Assembly: GCA_047636495.1 (NCBI GenBank)
Contig: JBLILH010000012.1
Span: forward strand, 27,083 to 91,082
Direction of reading: 5' to 3'
Source: Candidatus Endobugula sp.
Lineage (GTDB): Bacteria > Pseudomonadota > Gammaproteobacteria > Pseudomonadales > Cellvibrionaceae
DNA length: 64,000 nucleotides
Each line of letters begins with the position of its first letter. Position 1 is the first letter of the stretch. The notes beneath the pieces were generated by a model. The model had not been told where the DNA came from, made no database searches, and was given only the letters and a program-made list of their open reading frames with translations. The translations under genes and the position numbers were made by a program. Positions 55,445 through 64,000 of the stretch are shown here, one piece after another.

Positions 55445-57631
55445 ATGAGTTTTGCTGATGATGAAGAGATACTCCAAGACTTTCTTGTTGAAGCTGGGGA
55501 AATTTTAGAGCAACTGTCAGAACAGTTAGTTGACTTAGAACAACGCCCTGATGACAAGGAGTTACTCAATGCAATCTTTAGAGGCTTTCACACAGTAAAA
55601 GGTGGGGCGGGTTTCTTACAATTTGATGCGATGGTCGAATGTTGTCATGTTACCGAGAATCTATTTGACATATTACGCAACGGCCAACGTCAAGTTACAT
55701 CAGAATTAACCGATGTTGTGTTGCAAGCCCTTGATGCGATTAATATTCAGTTTGAAGCAGCGCAGCAACGTCAAGAGCTCCAACCCGCTGATCCAGAATT
55801 AATTCTTATGCTGGGCCGATTAGTGGCCTGCGAAGATCTTGTTCCCGACAAAGAGGCGATAACTGAAGCACCTACTGTTGAGGAACCTCAAGCAGGATCT
55901 CCAGGGGACGATATTACGGATGGTGAATTTGAGCAGCTGGTTGATGCAGTAAGCGACGTACCTGAAGTGACGCCTGTGTCTGCAGAAAGTAAATCGGTTA
56001 CTGTCGATGACAATAGCAATGAAATAACAGATGATGAATTTGAAGATCTACTCGATCAATTACATGGTAAAGGCAGAGGCCCCGCAGCACCGAAAAACGA
56101 AACAATATCAACAGCCTCTACTACTGCTGAAGAGCCTAGAAAAGTCCCGGAAGCAGACGATAGCAACCTGATCGGTGATGATGAATTTGAAGCGTTACTT
56201 GACCAGTTACACGGTAAAGGCCAAGGGCCCACTAAGAGTAGCGCAGCAGCAAATGTAAAAGCTCTGGGCACTAATAAGCCATCTAGTGATAAGACTGTTG
56301 ACGCCGCGCCAAAAAAAGCCAAAGCTAAAAAAGTGGAAGTGGAGGTGGAAGTGGAAGTCGAAAAAGTTGAGCCGCCTAAAGCAGCTGCACTCCAAAAGCC
56401 TGTGGCCGCAGCAAGTAAAGCGCCCGTAAACGATATTCCAATTCCACCTGCACCTGCTGCCGAAACGACAGTGCGGGTTGATACGCAACGCTTAGATGAC
56501 ATTATGAATATGGTCGGTGAACTTGTACTTGTGCGCAATCGCTTAGTACGATTAGGAGATAAAATTGCTGATGAAGCACTGGGTAAAGCAGTGTCAAACT
56601 TAGATGTGGTCACAGCAGATTTACAAACATCGGTAATGAAAACACGGATGCAACCCATCAAAAAAGTTTTTGGTCGTTTCCCACGGGTAGTTCGTGATTT
56701 AGCGCGCAATCTAAAAAAGGACATCAATTTAGAATTGGTAGGAGAAGATACTGACTTAGACAAAAACTTAGTTGAAGCACTGGCCGATCCCCTGGTCCAT
56801 TTGGTGAGGAACTCGGTCGATCACGGGATTGAAATGCCAGATGTTCGAATGAGTAACGGTAAAGACAAAGTCGGAAGAATAATTTTAGCGGCTCAGCAAG
56901 AAGGTGATCATATCTTATTATCTATTACTGATGATGGCGGCGGCATGGATGCGAATAAACTGCGTGAAATTGCCGTTAGCAAAGGCCTTATGGATAATGA
57001 TGCAGCGCAACGTTTATCGGATACAGAAGCATTTAATTTGATTTTTGCCCCTGGCTTTTCAACCAAGACAGAAATTTCAGATGTCTCTGGACGTGGTGTG
57101 GGTATGGATGTGGTGAGAACCAAAATCATGCAGCTTAATGGCTCGATCAAAATTGAGTCAGAAATGGGTAAAGGGACCAAAATAATAATCAAGGTTCCGC
57201 TGACACTGGCGATTATGCCTACTTTAATGATTATGTTGGGTTCACAAGCATTTGCCTTGCCTCTAGTGAGCGTTAATGAAATTTTCCATATGAATTTAGA
57301 AAAAATTAACATGGTTGACGGACAAGAGTGCGTCTCTATTCGTGACCAAGCAGTCCCCTTATTTTTCTTGAAAAATTGGTTGGTGAATGGTTCGGCCAAT
57401 CAAGAGAAACCTAGCGAAGCACATGTAGTGATTGTGACAGTGGGAACACAACGGGTTGGTTTCGTCGTAGATCAACTTGTGGGCCAAGAAGAAGTGGTAA
57501 TTAAACCTTTAGGGAAAATGCTAAACGGGACCCCGGGTATGGCAGGTGCAACGATTACCGGCGACGGTAACATCGCCTTAATACTAGATGTACCCAGCAT
57601 GCTAAAACGTTATGCTACCAGCAATCTGTAA
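55445..57631 (+). CDS. cheA: Chemotaxis histidine kinase CheA
   Basis: IFRGFHTVKG Hpt, TVRVD...LMNMVGELV, HLVRNSVDHGIE, GRGVGMDVV, C-terminal CheW domain. Confidence 0.97.
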   Translation: MSFADDEEILQDFLVEAGEILEQLSEQLVDLEQRPDDKELLNAIFRGFHTVKGGAGFLQFDAMVECCHVTENLFDILRNGQRQVTSELTDVVLQALDAINIQFEAAQQRQELQPADPELILMLGRLVACEDLVPDKEAITEAPTVEEPQAGSPGDDITDGEFEQLVDAVSDVPEVTPVSAESKSVTVDDNSNEITDDEFEDLLDQLHGKGRGPAAPKNETISTASTTAEEPRKVPEADDSNLIGDDEFEALLDQLHGKGQGPTKSSAAANVKALGTNKPSSDKTVDAAPKKAKAKKVEVEVEVEVEKVEPPKAAALQKPVAAASKAPVNDIPIPPAPAAETTVRVDTQRLDDIMNMVGELVLVRNRLVRLGDKIADEALGKAVSNLDVVTADLQTSVMKTRMQPIKKVFGRFPRVVRDLARNLKKDINLELVGEDTDLDKNLVEALADPLVHLVRNSVDHGIEMPDVRMSNGKDKVGRIILAAQQEGDHILLSITDDGGGMDANKLREIAVSKGLMDNDAAQRLSDTEAFNLIFAPGFSTKTEISDVSGRGVGMDVVRTKIMQLNGSIKIESEMGKGTKIIIKVPLTLAIMPTLMIMLGSQAFALPLVSVNEIFHMNLEKINMVDGQECVSIRDQAVPLFFLKNWLVNGSANQEKPSEAHVVIVTVGTQRVGFVVDQLVGQEEVVIKPLGKMLNGTPGMAGATITGDGNIALILDVPSMLKRYATSNL
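56333..56362 (+). repeat. 6-bp tandem repeat in the cheA linker (VE x5)
   Basis: GTGGAA GTGGAG GTGGAA GTGGAA GTCGAA. Confidence 0.85.
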
Positions 57632-57642
57632 GCAGATTTACG

Positions 57643-58875
57643 ATGCCAATAACTGTACTTATTGTCGATGATTCACATTTTTTCCAACGTGTACTGAAAG
57701 AAATTATAAGTGAAAACAAACAATTTACAGTGGTTGGTATCGCTAACGATGGGTTAGAAGCGATAGAAAAAGTACGTAGTTTACGGCCCGACGTAGTGAC
57801 TATGGATTATGAAATGCCAATGATGGACGGTGTTACTGCTGTTCGTGAGATTATGTCGACTCATCCTTTGCCGATTCTTATGCTGTCCTCAATGACATTT
57901 TCGGGAGCAAGAATCACTATCGATGCGTTAGAAGCTGGCGCAGCTGATTTCATGACAAAAAACTTTGCCGAAATATCGGGTAAAGGAAGCGCCATTAAAA
58001 AACGCTTATATGATACTCTTTTAGCATTGGGCCAAAGCCAACTACTGAACCGGCAATCATCCACTTCAGAGCTTGTAGATAAAGATCCATCAAGCCTAGC
58101 ATCATCTAATAAACGCACAGTCGCCTCAAACACAGTCACCTCAAACACTATTGGCTCAAGTGTTGCTGGTAAAGAAAATGGCACTTCATCCAGCGAGCCT
58201 AAAAAACGGGTAATGCCATTGCAAAAAGATTGCTCTAATGGCTATGCGGAATCTACTAAAACAGCGACTTATGCAAGTCATATTCAACGCAAAAAAAATT
58301 CTAATTTAGCGGCAACAGTAAAAATAATTGCGATTGGAGCATCAACAGGTGGTCCAGCAGCATTAACAGATCTACTGAAAGGTCTCCCCGAAAATTTCCG
58401 TTTCCCCATTCTTATTATCCAACATATGCCCCAAAATTTTACTCTAGCCTTTTCACAACGGCTAAACAAGCAGTGCGAGATAGACGTTAAAGAAGCAGAA
58501 GATGGCGATTATATTCAACCTGGTCGAGCCTTATTAGCTCCAGGTGGTAAGCAAATGATTATTGACAAAAACAACAAGAATAGAGTGAAAGTTACTGAGT
58601 CGACAGCTGAAATACATTACAAACCTTGTGTGGATATTCATTTTGCTTCTTTGTCAAATAATTATGGCGGGTCGGTATTAGGTCTTGTGTTAACAGGGAT
58701 GGGAAGTGATGGATGTAATGGTGCACGTTTGCTAACAGAAAAAGGCTCGACTATATGGACTCAAACAGAGGATAGCTGTGTGGTTTATGGTATGCCAATG
58801 GCAGTTGATCGCGCTAATTTATCGAGTGCATCCTTCAATATTCAAAATATGACGAAAAACCTTAAAGAACTGTAA
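57643..58875 (+). CDS. cheB: Chemotaxis methylesterase CheB
   Basis: Receiver (IVDDS, TMDYEMP) plus GASTGG, QHM and GMGSDG catalytic triad. Confidence 0.96.
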   Translation: MPITVLIVDDSHFFQRVLKEIISENKQFTVVGIANDGLEAIEKVRSLRPDVVTMDYEMPMMDGVTAVREIMSTHPLPILMLSSMTFSGARITIDALEAGAADFMTKNFAEISGKGSAIKKRLYDTLLALGQSQLLNRQSSTSELVDKDPSSLASSNKRTVASNTVTSNTIGSSVAGKENGTSSSEPKKRVMPLQKDCSNGYAESTKTATYASHIQRKKNSNLAATVKIIAIGASTGGPAALTDLLKGLPENFRFPILIIQHMPQNFTLAFSQRLNKQCEIDVKEAEDGDYIQPGRALLAPGGKQMIIDKNNKNRVKVTESTAEIHYKPCVDIHFASLSNNYGGSVLGLVLTGMGSDGCNGARLLTEKGSTIWTQTEDSCVVYGMPMAVDRANLSSASFNIQNMTKNLKEL

Positions 58876-59104
58876 TGAATTTTAAAGGCGTTTTTTTCAA
58901 TTTCTCTTTTTAATTCCTCCTTATTCACGTTTTCCTTCACTGCTCAATCATTGCTAAAGTAATATTTTGTACTATTATTGTAGAGCATCTATTTTTAAAA
59001 GTACGAGTTTTAAAAATACAATATTCTGATATCGGCAGACAGATATCAGTAGACATTGCCCAACCGATATCAATTAGAAAGCACCTATTGTCTAGAGAAA
59101 ATAT

Positions 59105-59851
59105 ATGAAGTTAGACTTGCTCAGTATTTCGGGGATTATGATTGCCTTTGCTGCGTTATTAGGTGGTAACTTTCTTGAAGGCGGAGTATGGCAGCAACTT
59201 ATCAATGGGCCTGCTGCACTTATTGTGTTTGGAGGCACGATTGGAGCAGCTATGTTGCAGACACCTCACACCACACTAAAAAGAGCATTAAAACTCTCTC
59301 GTTGGATTTTTTTTCCACCTGTGATTGATTACGAAAAAACCATTAAAAAGATTGCAGGCTGGTCGACGATCACTCGGCAAAAAGGATTACTTGGGTTGGA
59401 AGATCAGGTCAACGAAGAAAAAGACCCCTATATACAAAAAGCGTTAAAATTATTAATCGATGAAGGCTCAGCACAGACATTGCGCCGTGTGCTCGAAGCA
59501 GATTTAATTTTGGATGAACAAAGAGATCAAGATGCCGTTAAGTTTTATACAAGTATGGGTGGATATGCACCAACCATCGGCATTATCGGCGCAGTCATGG
59601 GGCTGATTTATGTAATGCGTAATCTAGGTGATCCATCACAATTAGGCGCAGGCATTGCCGTTGCTTTTATTGCCACCATTTATGGAGTGGCGTTAGCTAA
59701 CTTATTATTACTGCCGATTGCAAATAAATTAACAACCTATGTTAATAATCAATCCCACTTGAAAGAATTGGTTATTGAAGGCGTAATTTATGTAGCTGAT
59801 GGTGAAAGTCCACGTTCTATTTCACTCAAACTGGACGGGTTTATTGTATAG
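59105..59851 (+). CDS. motC: Flagellar stator MotA-family subunit (MotC type)
   Basis: NGPAALIVFGGT, GGYAPTIGIIGAVMGL, GIAVAFIATIYG; position after cheB as in Pseudomonas. Confidence 0.88.
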   Translation: MKLDLLSISGIMIAFAALLGGNFLEGGVWQQLINGPAALIVFGGTIGAAMLQTPHTTLKRALKLSRWIFFPPVIDYEKTIKKIAGWSTITRQKGLLGLEDQVNEEKDPYIQKALKLLIDEGSAQTLRRVLEADLILDEQRDQDAVKFYTSMGGYAPTIGIIGAVMGLIYVMRNLGDPSQLGAGIAVAFIATIYGVALANLLLLPIANKLTTYVNNQSHLKELVIEGVIYVADGESPRSISLKLDGFIV

Positions 59852-59896
59852 CCTAAGATTTACTCTATTGAGGGTCTACTGTTGTAGAGGTCTGTT

Positions 59897-60850
59897 ATGT
59901 TAAAAAGACGATCGATAGACTTACAGATTAATCACGAAAGATGGCTAGTGTCTTATGCTGACTTTGTTACCTTGTTATTCGCTTTCTTTGTGGTGATGTA
60001 TTCTGTTTCCCATATTAATGAACAAAAATATCAAGAGTTGTCGTCTACGTTAAACGAAGTGTTTAGTGAGCGCGTTGAAAATAAACCTATTGAATACCAA
60101 GTAAGTCAACAAAAAGACTCTGCTAATAATGTGGGGAATAGTATTATGGCATTACCCGCTTTAGCGGATAAATTTTACGATCAGCTGTCTGCTTTGATAG
60201 ACGAGGGTGCGATCGAAGTGACCAATAATGAATTATGGTTACATATTTCTCTTAATAATCGTATTTTGTTCGATATGGGTAGTGTTCAACCTACCTCGCA
60301 AGCGAAAGAAGTTGTCGCCAATATTTCGACAATTCTTGGTAGTACTACCAATCCAATTAGTGTTGAAGGCTTTACCGATAATTTAGCGATTAATACGGCC
60401 CAATTCCCCAGTAACTGGCAACTGTCGGCGGCGCGGGCGGCGGCGATCGTTCAGTTATTGACCGCAAACGGTGTGGCACCTGAGCAGCTATCTGCAATAG
60501 GGTATGGAGAGTTCCGGCCTATCGCAGATAACGCGACTGAGGCGGGGCGGGCTAAAAACCGAAGAGTGGCATTGGTGATTGGCAAATTTAATCAGGAGCG
60601 GCCCACGTCAGAGTCAAGTATGGCTAACGTTAGTACTTATACAGATAAACCTGACGAAGATAAGGATTTACTAGACTCCACAAATACCAATCAAACTGTT
60701 GATACTGAAATTGGTGCAGTACCGTCATCAGATACGTCCACTGACGGGAAATCAGTATTTCCGACAAGTTCACCAGAAGCTATTGAGCCGATTATCTTAG
60801 ATAATGGTGAGTTACTATTTACAGCGGATCCAGAAGTGTCAGAACCATAG
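59897..60850 (+). CDS. motD: Flagellar stator MotB-family subunit (MotD type)
   Basis: HERWLVSYADFVTLLFAFF with conserved Asp; OmpA-like domain (EGFTDN, NWQLSAARA, KNRRV). Confidence 0.88.
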   Translation: MLKRRSIDLQINHERWLVSYADFVTLLFAFFVVMYSVSHINEQKYQELSSTLNEVFSERVENKPIEYQVSQQKDSANNVGNSIMALPALADKFYDQLSALIDEGAIEVTNNELWLHISLNNRILFDMGSVQPTSQAKEVVANISTILGSTTNPISVEGFTDNLAINTAQFPSNWQLSAARAAAIVQLLTANGVAPEQLSAIGYGEFRPIADNATEAGRAKNRRVALVIGKFNQERPTSESSMANVSTYTDKPDEDKDLLDSTNTNQTVDTEIGAVPSSDTSTDGKSVFPTSSPEAIEPIILDNGELLFTADPEVSEP

Positions 60851-60897
60851 ACACACTACCGCCGTCACCAGCGTCAATTTATACACGGTCTTGGCTA

Positions 60898-60913
60898 GGG
60901 CATAAAAATTGCT
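60898..60913 (+). promoter_or_regulatory. sigma54-like promoter upstream of the ParA-family gene
   Basis: GGGCAT-AAAAA-TTGCT with GG-N10-GC spacing, in a 172-bp intergenic gap. Confidence 0.55.
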
Positions 60914-61022
60914 TGTTTTAGTATAAGTAGAGCATGAGAGTAATATCCAAGTAAATTAATATATGAACAAGTCAAGATAAACGTATCAACGACATAACAT
61001 TGACGCTAAAGAGGTTCACACC

Positions 61023-61856
61023 GTGCAAGTCTGGACAGTCGCTAATCAAAAAGGGGGCGTCGGCAAGACGACAACCTCCGTTGCCCTTGCGGGTATTGCT
61101 GCGGAACATGGGAAGCGAGTATTACTTATTGACTTAGATCCACAGGGGTCTTTAACGTGCTATTTTGGCGGTGATCCCGATCATGTGCCCATTAGCGTGT
61201 TTACTTTATTTCAGGATAAATCTGTTATTTGTTTAGCCAGTATCATGCAATTGTTAATCCCCACCGGTTTTGACAATATAACCCTGCTGCCAGCCTCTAC
61301 TGCGTTGGCCACGTTAGAGCGCTTAGCGGTAGGTAAGGGCGGCTTAGGGTTAGTGATTAGCCACACGGTAAAGCAAATAAAAGACGAGTTCGACTTGGTT
61401 ATTATTGATTCTCCGCCTGTCTTAGGGGTGTTACTAATTAATGCATTAGCTGCGTGCGATAGGTTGATTATTCCTGTTCAGACCGAGCATTTGGCTTTAA
61501 AAGGCTTAGAACGAATGTTGCATACTCTGCGCATGCTTGACCAATCACAGCATCGTGCATTACGCTATGTGATCGTGCCCACTATGTTTGATCGAAGAAC
61601 GCAGGCATCGGTTTTATCGCTTCGGATAATACGTCACCAACATGGAATGGATACTTGGCCGAGTAAAATCCCTATTGATACTCGCTTAAGAGATGCCAGC
61701 AGAGCGGGCGTCCCGCCAAATTCATATGATGGTAATAGTAACGGGCTGGTTGCATATCGTAGCTTATACTATTGGCTGTTAGAGGATGACACACGAGATA
61801 CTTCTTCTAGCTGGGGTAAATTTAATCGATCCTCTAAAGGGCAAGTCACCCAATGA
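61023..61856 (+). CDS. ParA-family ATPase for chemoreceptor array positioning (Vibrio ParC-like; not topoisomerase)
   Basis: NQKGGVGKTT, DLDPQGSL, IDSPP, VPTMFDRRT; flanked by motD and a CheW-like gene. Confidence 0.9.
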   Translation: MQVWTVANQKGGVGKTTTSVALAGIAAEHGKRVLLIDLDPQGSLTCYFGGDPDHVPISVFTLFQDKSVICLASIMQLLIPTGFDNITLLPASTALATLERLAVGKGGLGLVISHTVKQIKDEFDLVIIDSPPVLGVLLINALAACDRLIIPVQTEHLALKGLERMLHTLRMLDQSQHRALRYVIVPTMFDRRTQASVLSLRIIRHQHGMDTWPSKIPIDTRLRDASRAGVPPNSYDGNSNGLVAYRSLYYWLLEDDTRDTSSSWGKFNRSSKGQVTQ

Positions 61857-63307
61857 CGACCAGAAAAAGACCCCAACAGGAGCTCGCGTGTTACTTCAGC
61901 GAGTTGCTTACTGAGTTAGAAGATATTGCTGATGATGCAGAAAATGCCGCAGTGCAGCACTCAGTTGCGCAACCTTTGTTGCAGCAGGCAGTGCAGCAGC
62001 GGGTAAAAAAAGTGGCGAGCGACGCTACTGATAACAATAAGTCGGCGTCAACACCTAACGACGTTAGTGATAGCAAACGTGTGTTTGCAGATGTCTCCCC
62101 ATCGGCATCTTCTGCTACGACAGATCAGCAAAGACGGTCTAATCATGTCGCGTCTACCAACGAAGTGAGGCATGCACCACCACATACCACCAGTGACAAA
62201 ATAGCTTATACCGTTGAGCAGGTCCCGAATCCTCGTAGTAGAGAAAATATACAAGACAAAATAGAGTCACAAAACCAAGAGAGCACACTCGCTCAAGCTT
62301 TGTCGGATAGAGCGTCTACTATGGTCGCTAACAAACTACTGAATACAGTCCCCGACACATTACCCGAAAACGCACATAACAGCGCACATAACAGCGCACA
62401 TAACAGCGCACACAAAATAGTTCAACAAAAAGTACCGGAGACAAGCCCTCAAGTTTTTTTACCACCTAAAAAAGACAGTAATGTAGATGCTGATTTCGAC
62501 TTAAGACAACGAGAAAAAGAGCGGTTAGAACGCTTACTTAACAGTTTTTCCCCGGTAGCAGACTTACCTGCAGTCGAGTTACCTAAAGTAGTAGCTCGCG
62601 AAGAGATTGAGTCCAAGAAAAAAAAATCCCCGATAGACACGATGGTGGTGAAAGTAAACAACCCGTCAACGCTTTCTCACTCAGTAGATACCCGCCTTCT
62701 AGATGCCCACCCCCTAAAAGCGATAACTAGACCCATAGCGTCGTCGATACCGTTAGTTGAAATGAAAGAAGCAAGCCATGTTGCTAGTAGTATTGACACC
62801 AATACCGATCAACAATGGCAACCGCTAGATCATCAATGGCTGCCCAATGGTCGACCTGCTTGGGCCGAAAATCCCTTTGATGTGTTGCTAGTGGATATTC
62901 AAGGTGTACAACTTGCCATGCCACTGGCTGCTTTAGATGGTATCTATCCTCTAGAAGAAGAGCTAACGCCGTTATTTGGTCAGTCGACATGGTTTATGGG
63001 CTTACAAAAGATGATGGCCGGCAATATTAATGTTGTTAACACCGCACAATTTATTATGCCAGAGCGTTATAAAGAAACGGATGAAATGACGTCTATGTAT
63101 ACAGTGGCCATTAATGGCTCGGGTTGGGCACTCGCAGTTGATGGTATACGTCAACCGATAAAGGTGAACCCCGATGATATTCGCTGGAGGGCAAGGCGTG
63201 CCGAGCGACCATGGATGGCGGGAACGATAATAAATCATGTCTGTGCATTAATCGATATTCCTTCGCTAGCGAAGATGCTTAAGCAGTACGATAGAAATCA
63301 GCCCTAA
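61853..63307 (+). CDS. parP: ParP-like CheW-domain protein with a very long polar linker
   Basis: N-terminal ELACYFSELL motif, about 300-aa low-complexity linker, C-terminal CheW-like domain (WAENPFDVLL...RPWMAGT); overlaps the ParA-family gene. Confidence 0.75.
   Translation: MTTRKRPQQELACYFSELLTELEDIADDAENAAVQHSVAQPLLQQAVQQRVKKVASDATDNNKSASTPNDVSDSKRVFADVSPSASSATTDQQRRSNHVASTNEVRHAPPHTTSDKIAYTVEQVPNPRSRENIQDKIESQNQESTLAQALSDRASTMVANKLLNTVPDTLPENAHNSAHNSAHNSAHKIVQQKVPETSPQVFLPPKKDSNVDADFDLRQREKERLERLLNSFSPVADLPAVELPKVVAREEIESKKKKSPIDTMVVKVNNPSTLSHSVDTRLLDAHPLKAITRPIASSIPLVEMKEASHVASSIDTNTDQQWQPLDHQWLPNGRPAWAENPFDVLLVDIQGVQLAMPLAALDGIYPLEEELTPLFGQSTWFMGLQKMMAGNINVVNTAQFIMPERYKETDEMTSMYTVAINGSGWALAVDGIRQPIKVNPDDIRWRARRAERPWMAGTIINHVCALIDIPSLAKMLKQYDRNQP
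62371..62412 (+). repeat. 12-bp tandem repeat in the ParP-like linker (AHNS x3)
   Basis: GCACATAACAGC three times plus a partial copy. Confidence 0.92.
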
Positions 63308-63458
63308 GCTAGAGAAAACTCAGCGTAAGCTAGGGGAAGGTTTAAAAATTATTGATAGTATCCTAAGAATAAACTAGAATTTTAGCTAAATAACTGGCAA
63401 GCGCCTCAGAGTTAACTATAGTAAATAAAGACAGTATTTGTTGATAGAGGATAACTAA

Positions 63459-63944
63459 ATGTCGAGCAACACCGCACAAACTAGTACAAGTGATGATCCC
63501 GTTTTACAATGGGTAACGTTTCGTCTTGCAGGTGAGACTTATGGCATTAACGTGATGCAAGTACAAGAAGTCCTAAGACATTCAGATATCGCCCCTGTTC
63601 CTGGTGCGCCACCTTATGTCTTAGGTATCATTAACTTACGGGGTAATGTCGTTACTGTAATCGATACCCGTCATCGTTTTGGGTTAACCTCGGGCGAGCT
63701 GACTGAGAGCACTCGTATTGTGATTATAGAAGCGGATAGCCATGTTATTGGCATCTTAGTCGATAGTGTCGCTGAAGTGGTTTACTTGCGCCAATCAGAA
63801 ATTGAAAATGCGCCAAATGTTGGTAACGACGAAAGTGCTAAATTTATCCAAGGCGTATGCCATAAAAATGAGGAGTTACTTATTCTGATTGAGCTAGAAA
63901 AATTATTAACTGACTCGGAATGGACTGAAGTTGACGACGTGTAA
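63459..63944 (+). CDS. cheW: Chemotaxis coupling protein CheW
   Basis: LQWVTFRL, YGINVMQVQEV, GIINLRG, GILVDSVAEV. Confidence 0.97.
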   Translation: MSSNTAQTSTSDDPVLQWVTFRLAGETYGINVMQVQEVLRHSDIAPVPGAPPYVLGIINLRGNVVTVIDTRHRFGLTSGELTESTRIVIIEADSHVIGILVDSVAEVVYLRQSEIENAPNVGNDESAKFIQGVCHKNEELLILIELEKLLTDSEWTEVDDV

Positions 63945-64000
63945 TTATTGTACCCAGGGATTGTGGTAGCATAATGATTGCTAGAAGATATACTTTAAAT

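Noticed and set aside
56056-56763. Long antisense ORFs (235 aa here; also 50015..50599, 23738..24241, 46724..47041 and similar)
   Set aside because: They are shadows of well-supported genes on the opposite strand, with no motifs or RBS of their own.
62371-62412. CRISPR-like array
   Set aside because: The repeats here and at 41015 are contiguous 12-mers without spacers inside coding sequence; no cas genes in the window.
63974-64000. Start of a gene after cheW
   Set aside because: Only nine codons lie inside the window; cannot be supported.

Overview
A 64-kb window of a moderately AT-rich gammaproteobacterial chromosome. The gene set (fabY, fleS/fleR/fleN, motCD, ParC/ParP-like chemotaxis positioning genes) points to a Pseudomonadales/Cellvibrionales-like organism; this placement is inference only. 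There are three zones. (1) 1-20.1 kb, mixed metabolic/accessory: a PAS-PAS-GGDEF-EAL protein, a frameshifted outer-membrane beta-barrel, pntAB, a glycerophosphodiesterase, ylqF, an HPF/RaiA-family protein and a fatty-acid block (GlxA-type AraC regulator, fabY, XRE-cupin regulator, fadB, fadA). It also holds several pseudogenes that the ORF track hides: a TPR + DxD-domain gene, and a decayed Lrp / 2OG-Fe(II) dioxygenase / class-V PLP enzyme module with a transposase fragment inside the last gene. (2) 20.2-29.9 kb, core: tRNA-Leu(TAG), tig, clpP, clpX, lon, hupB, ppiD. (3) 30.2-64 kb, an intact polar flagellar/chemotaxis cluster from fleS to cheW, with six sigma54 motifs, no fleQ at its usual position, a small nonsense-disrupted ORF between fleR and fliE, and an in-frame G10 tract in fliM. 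No CRISPR array, rRNA or intact mobile element was seen. All family assignments are from motif recognition by eye; no database search was run.
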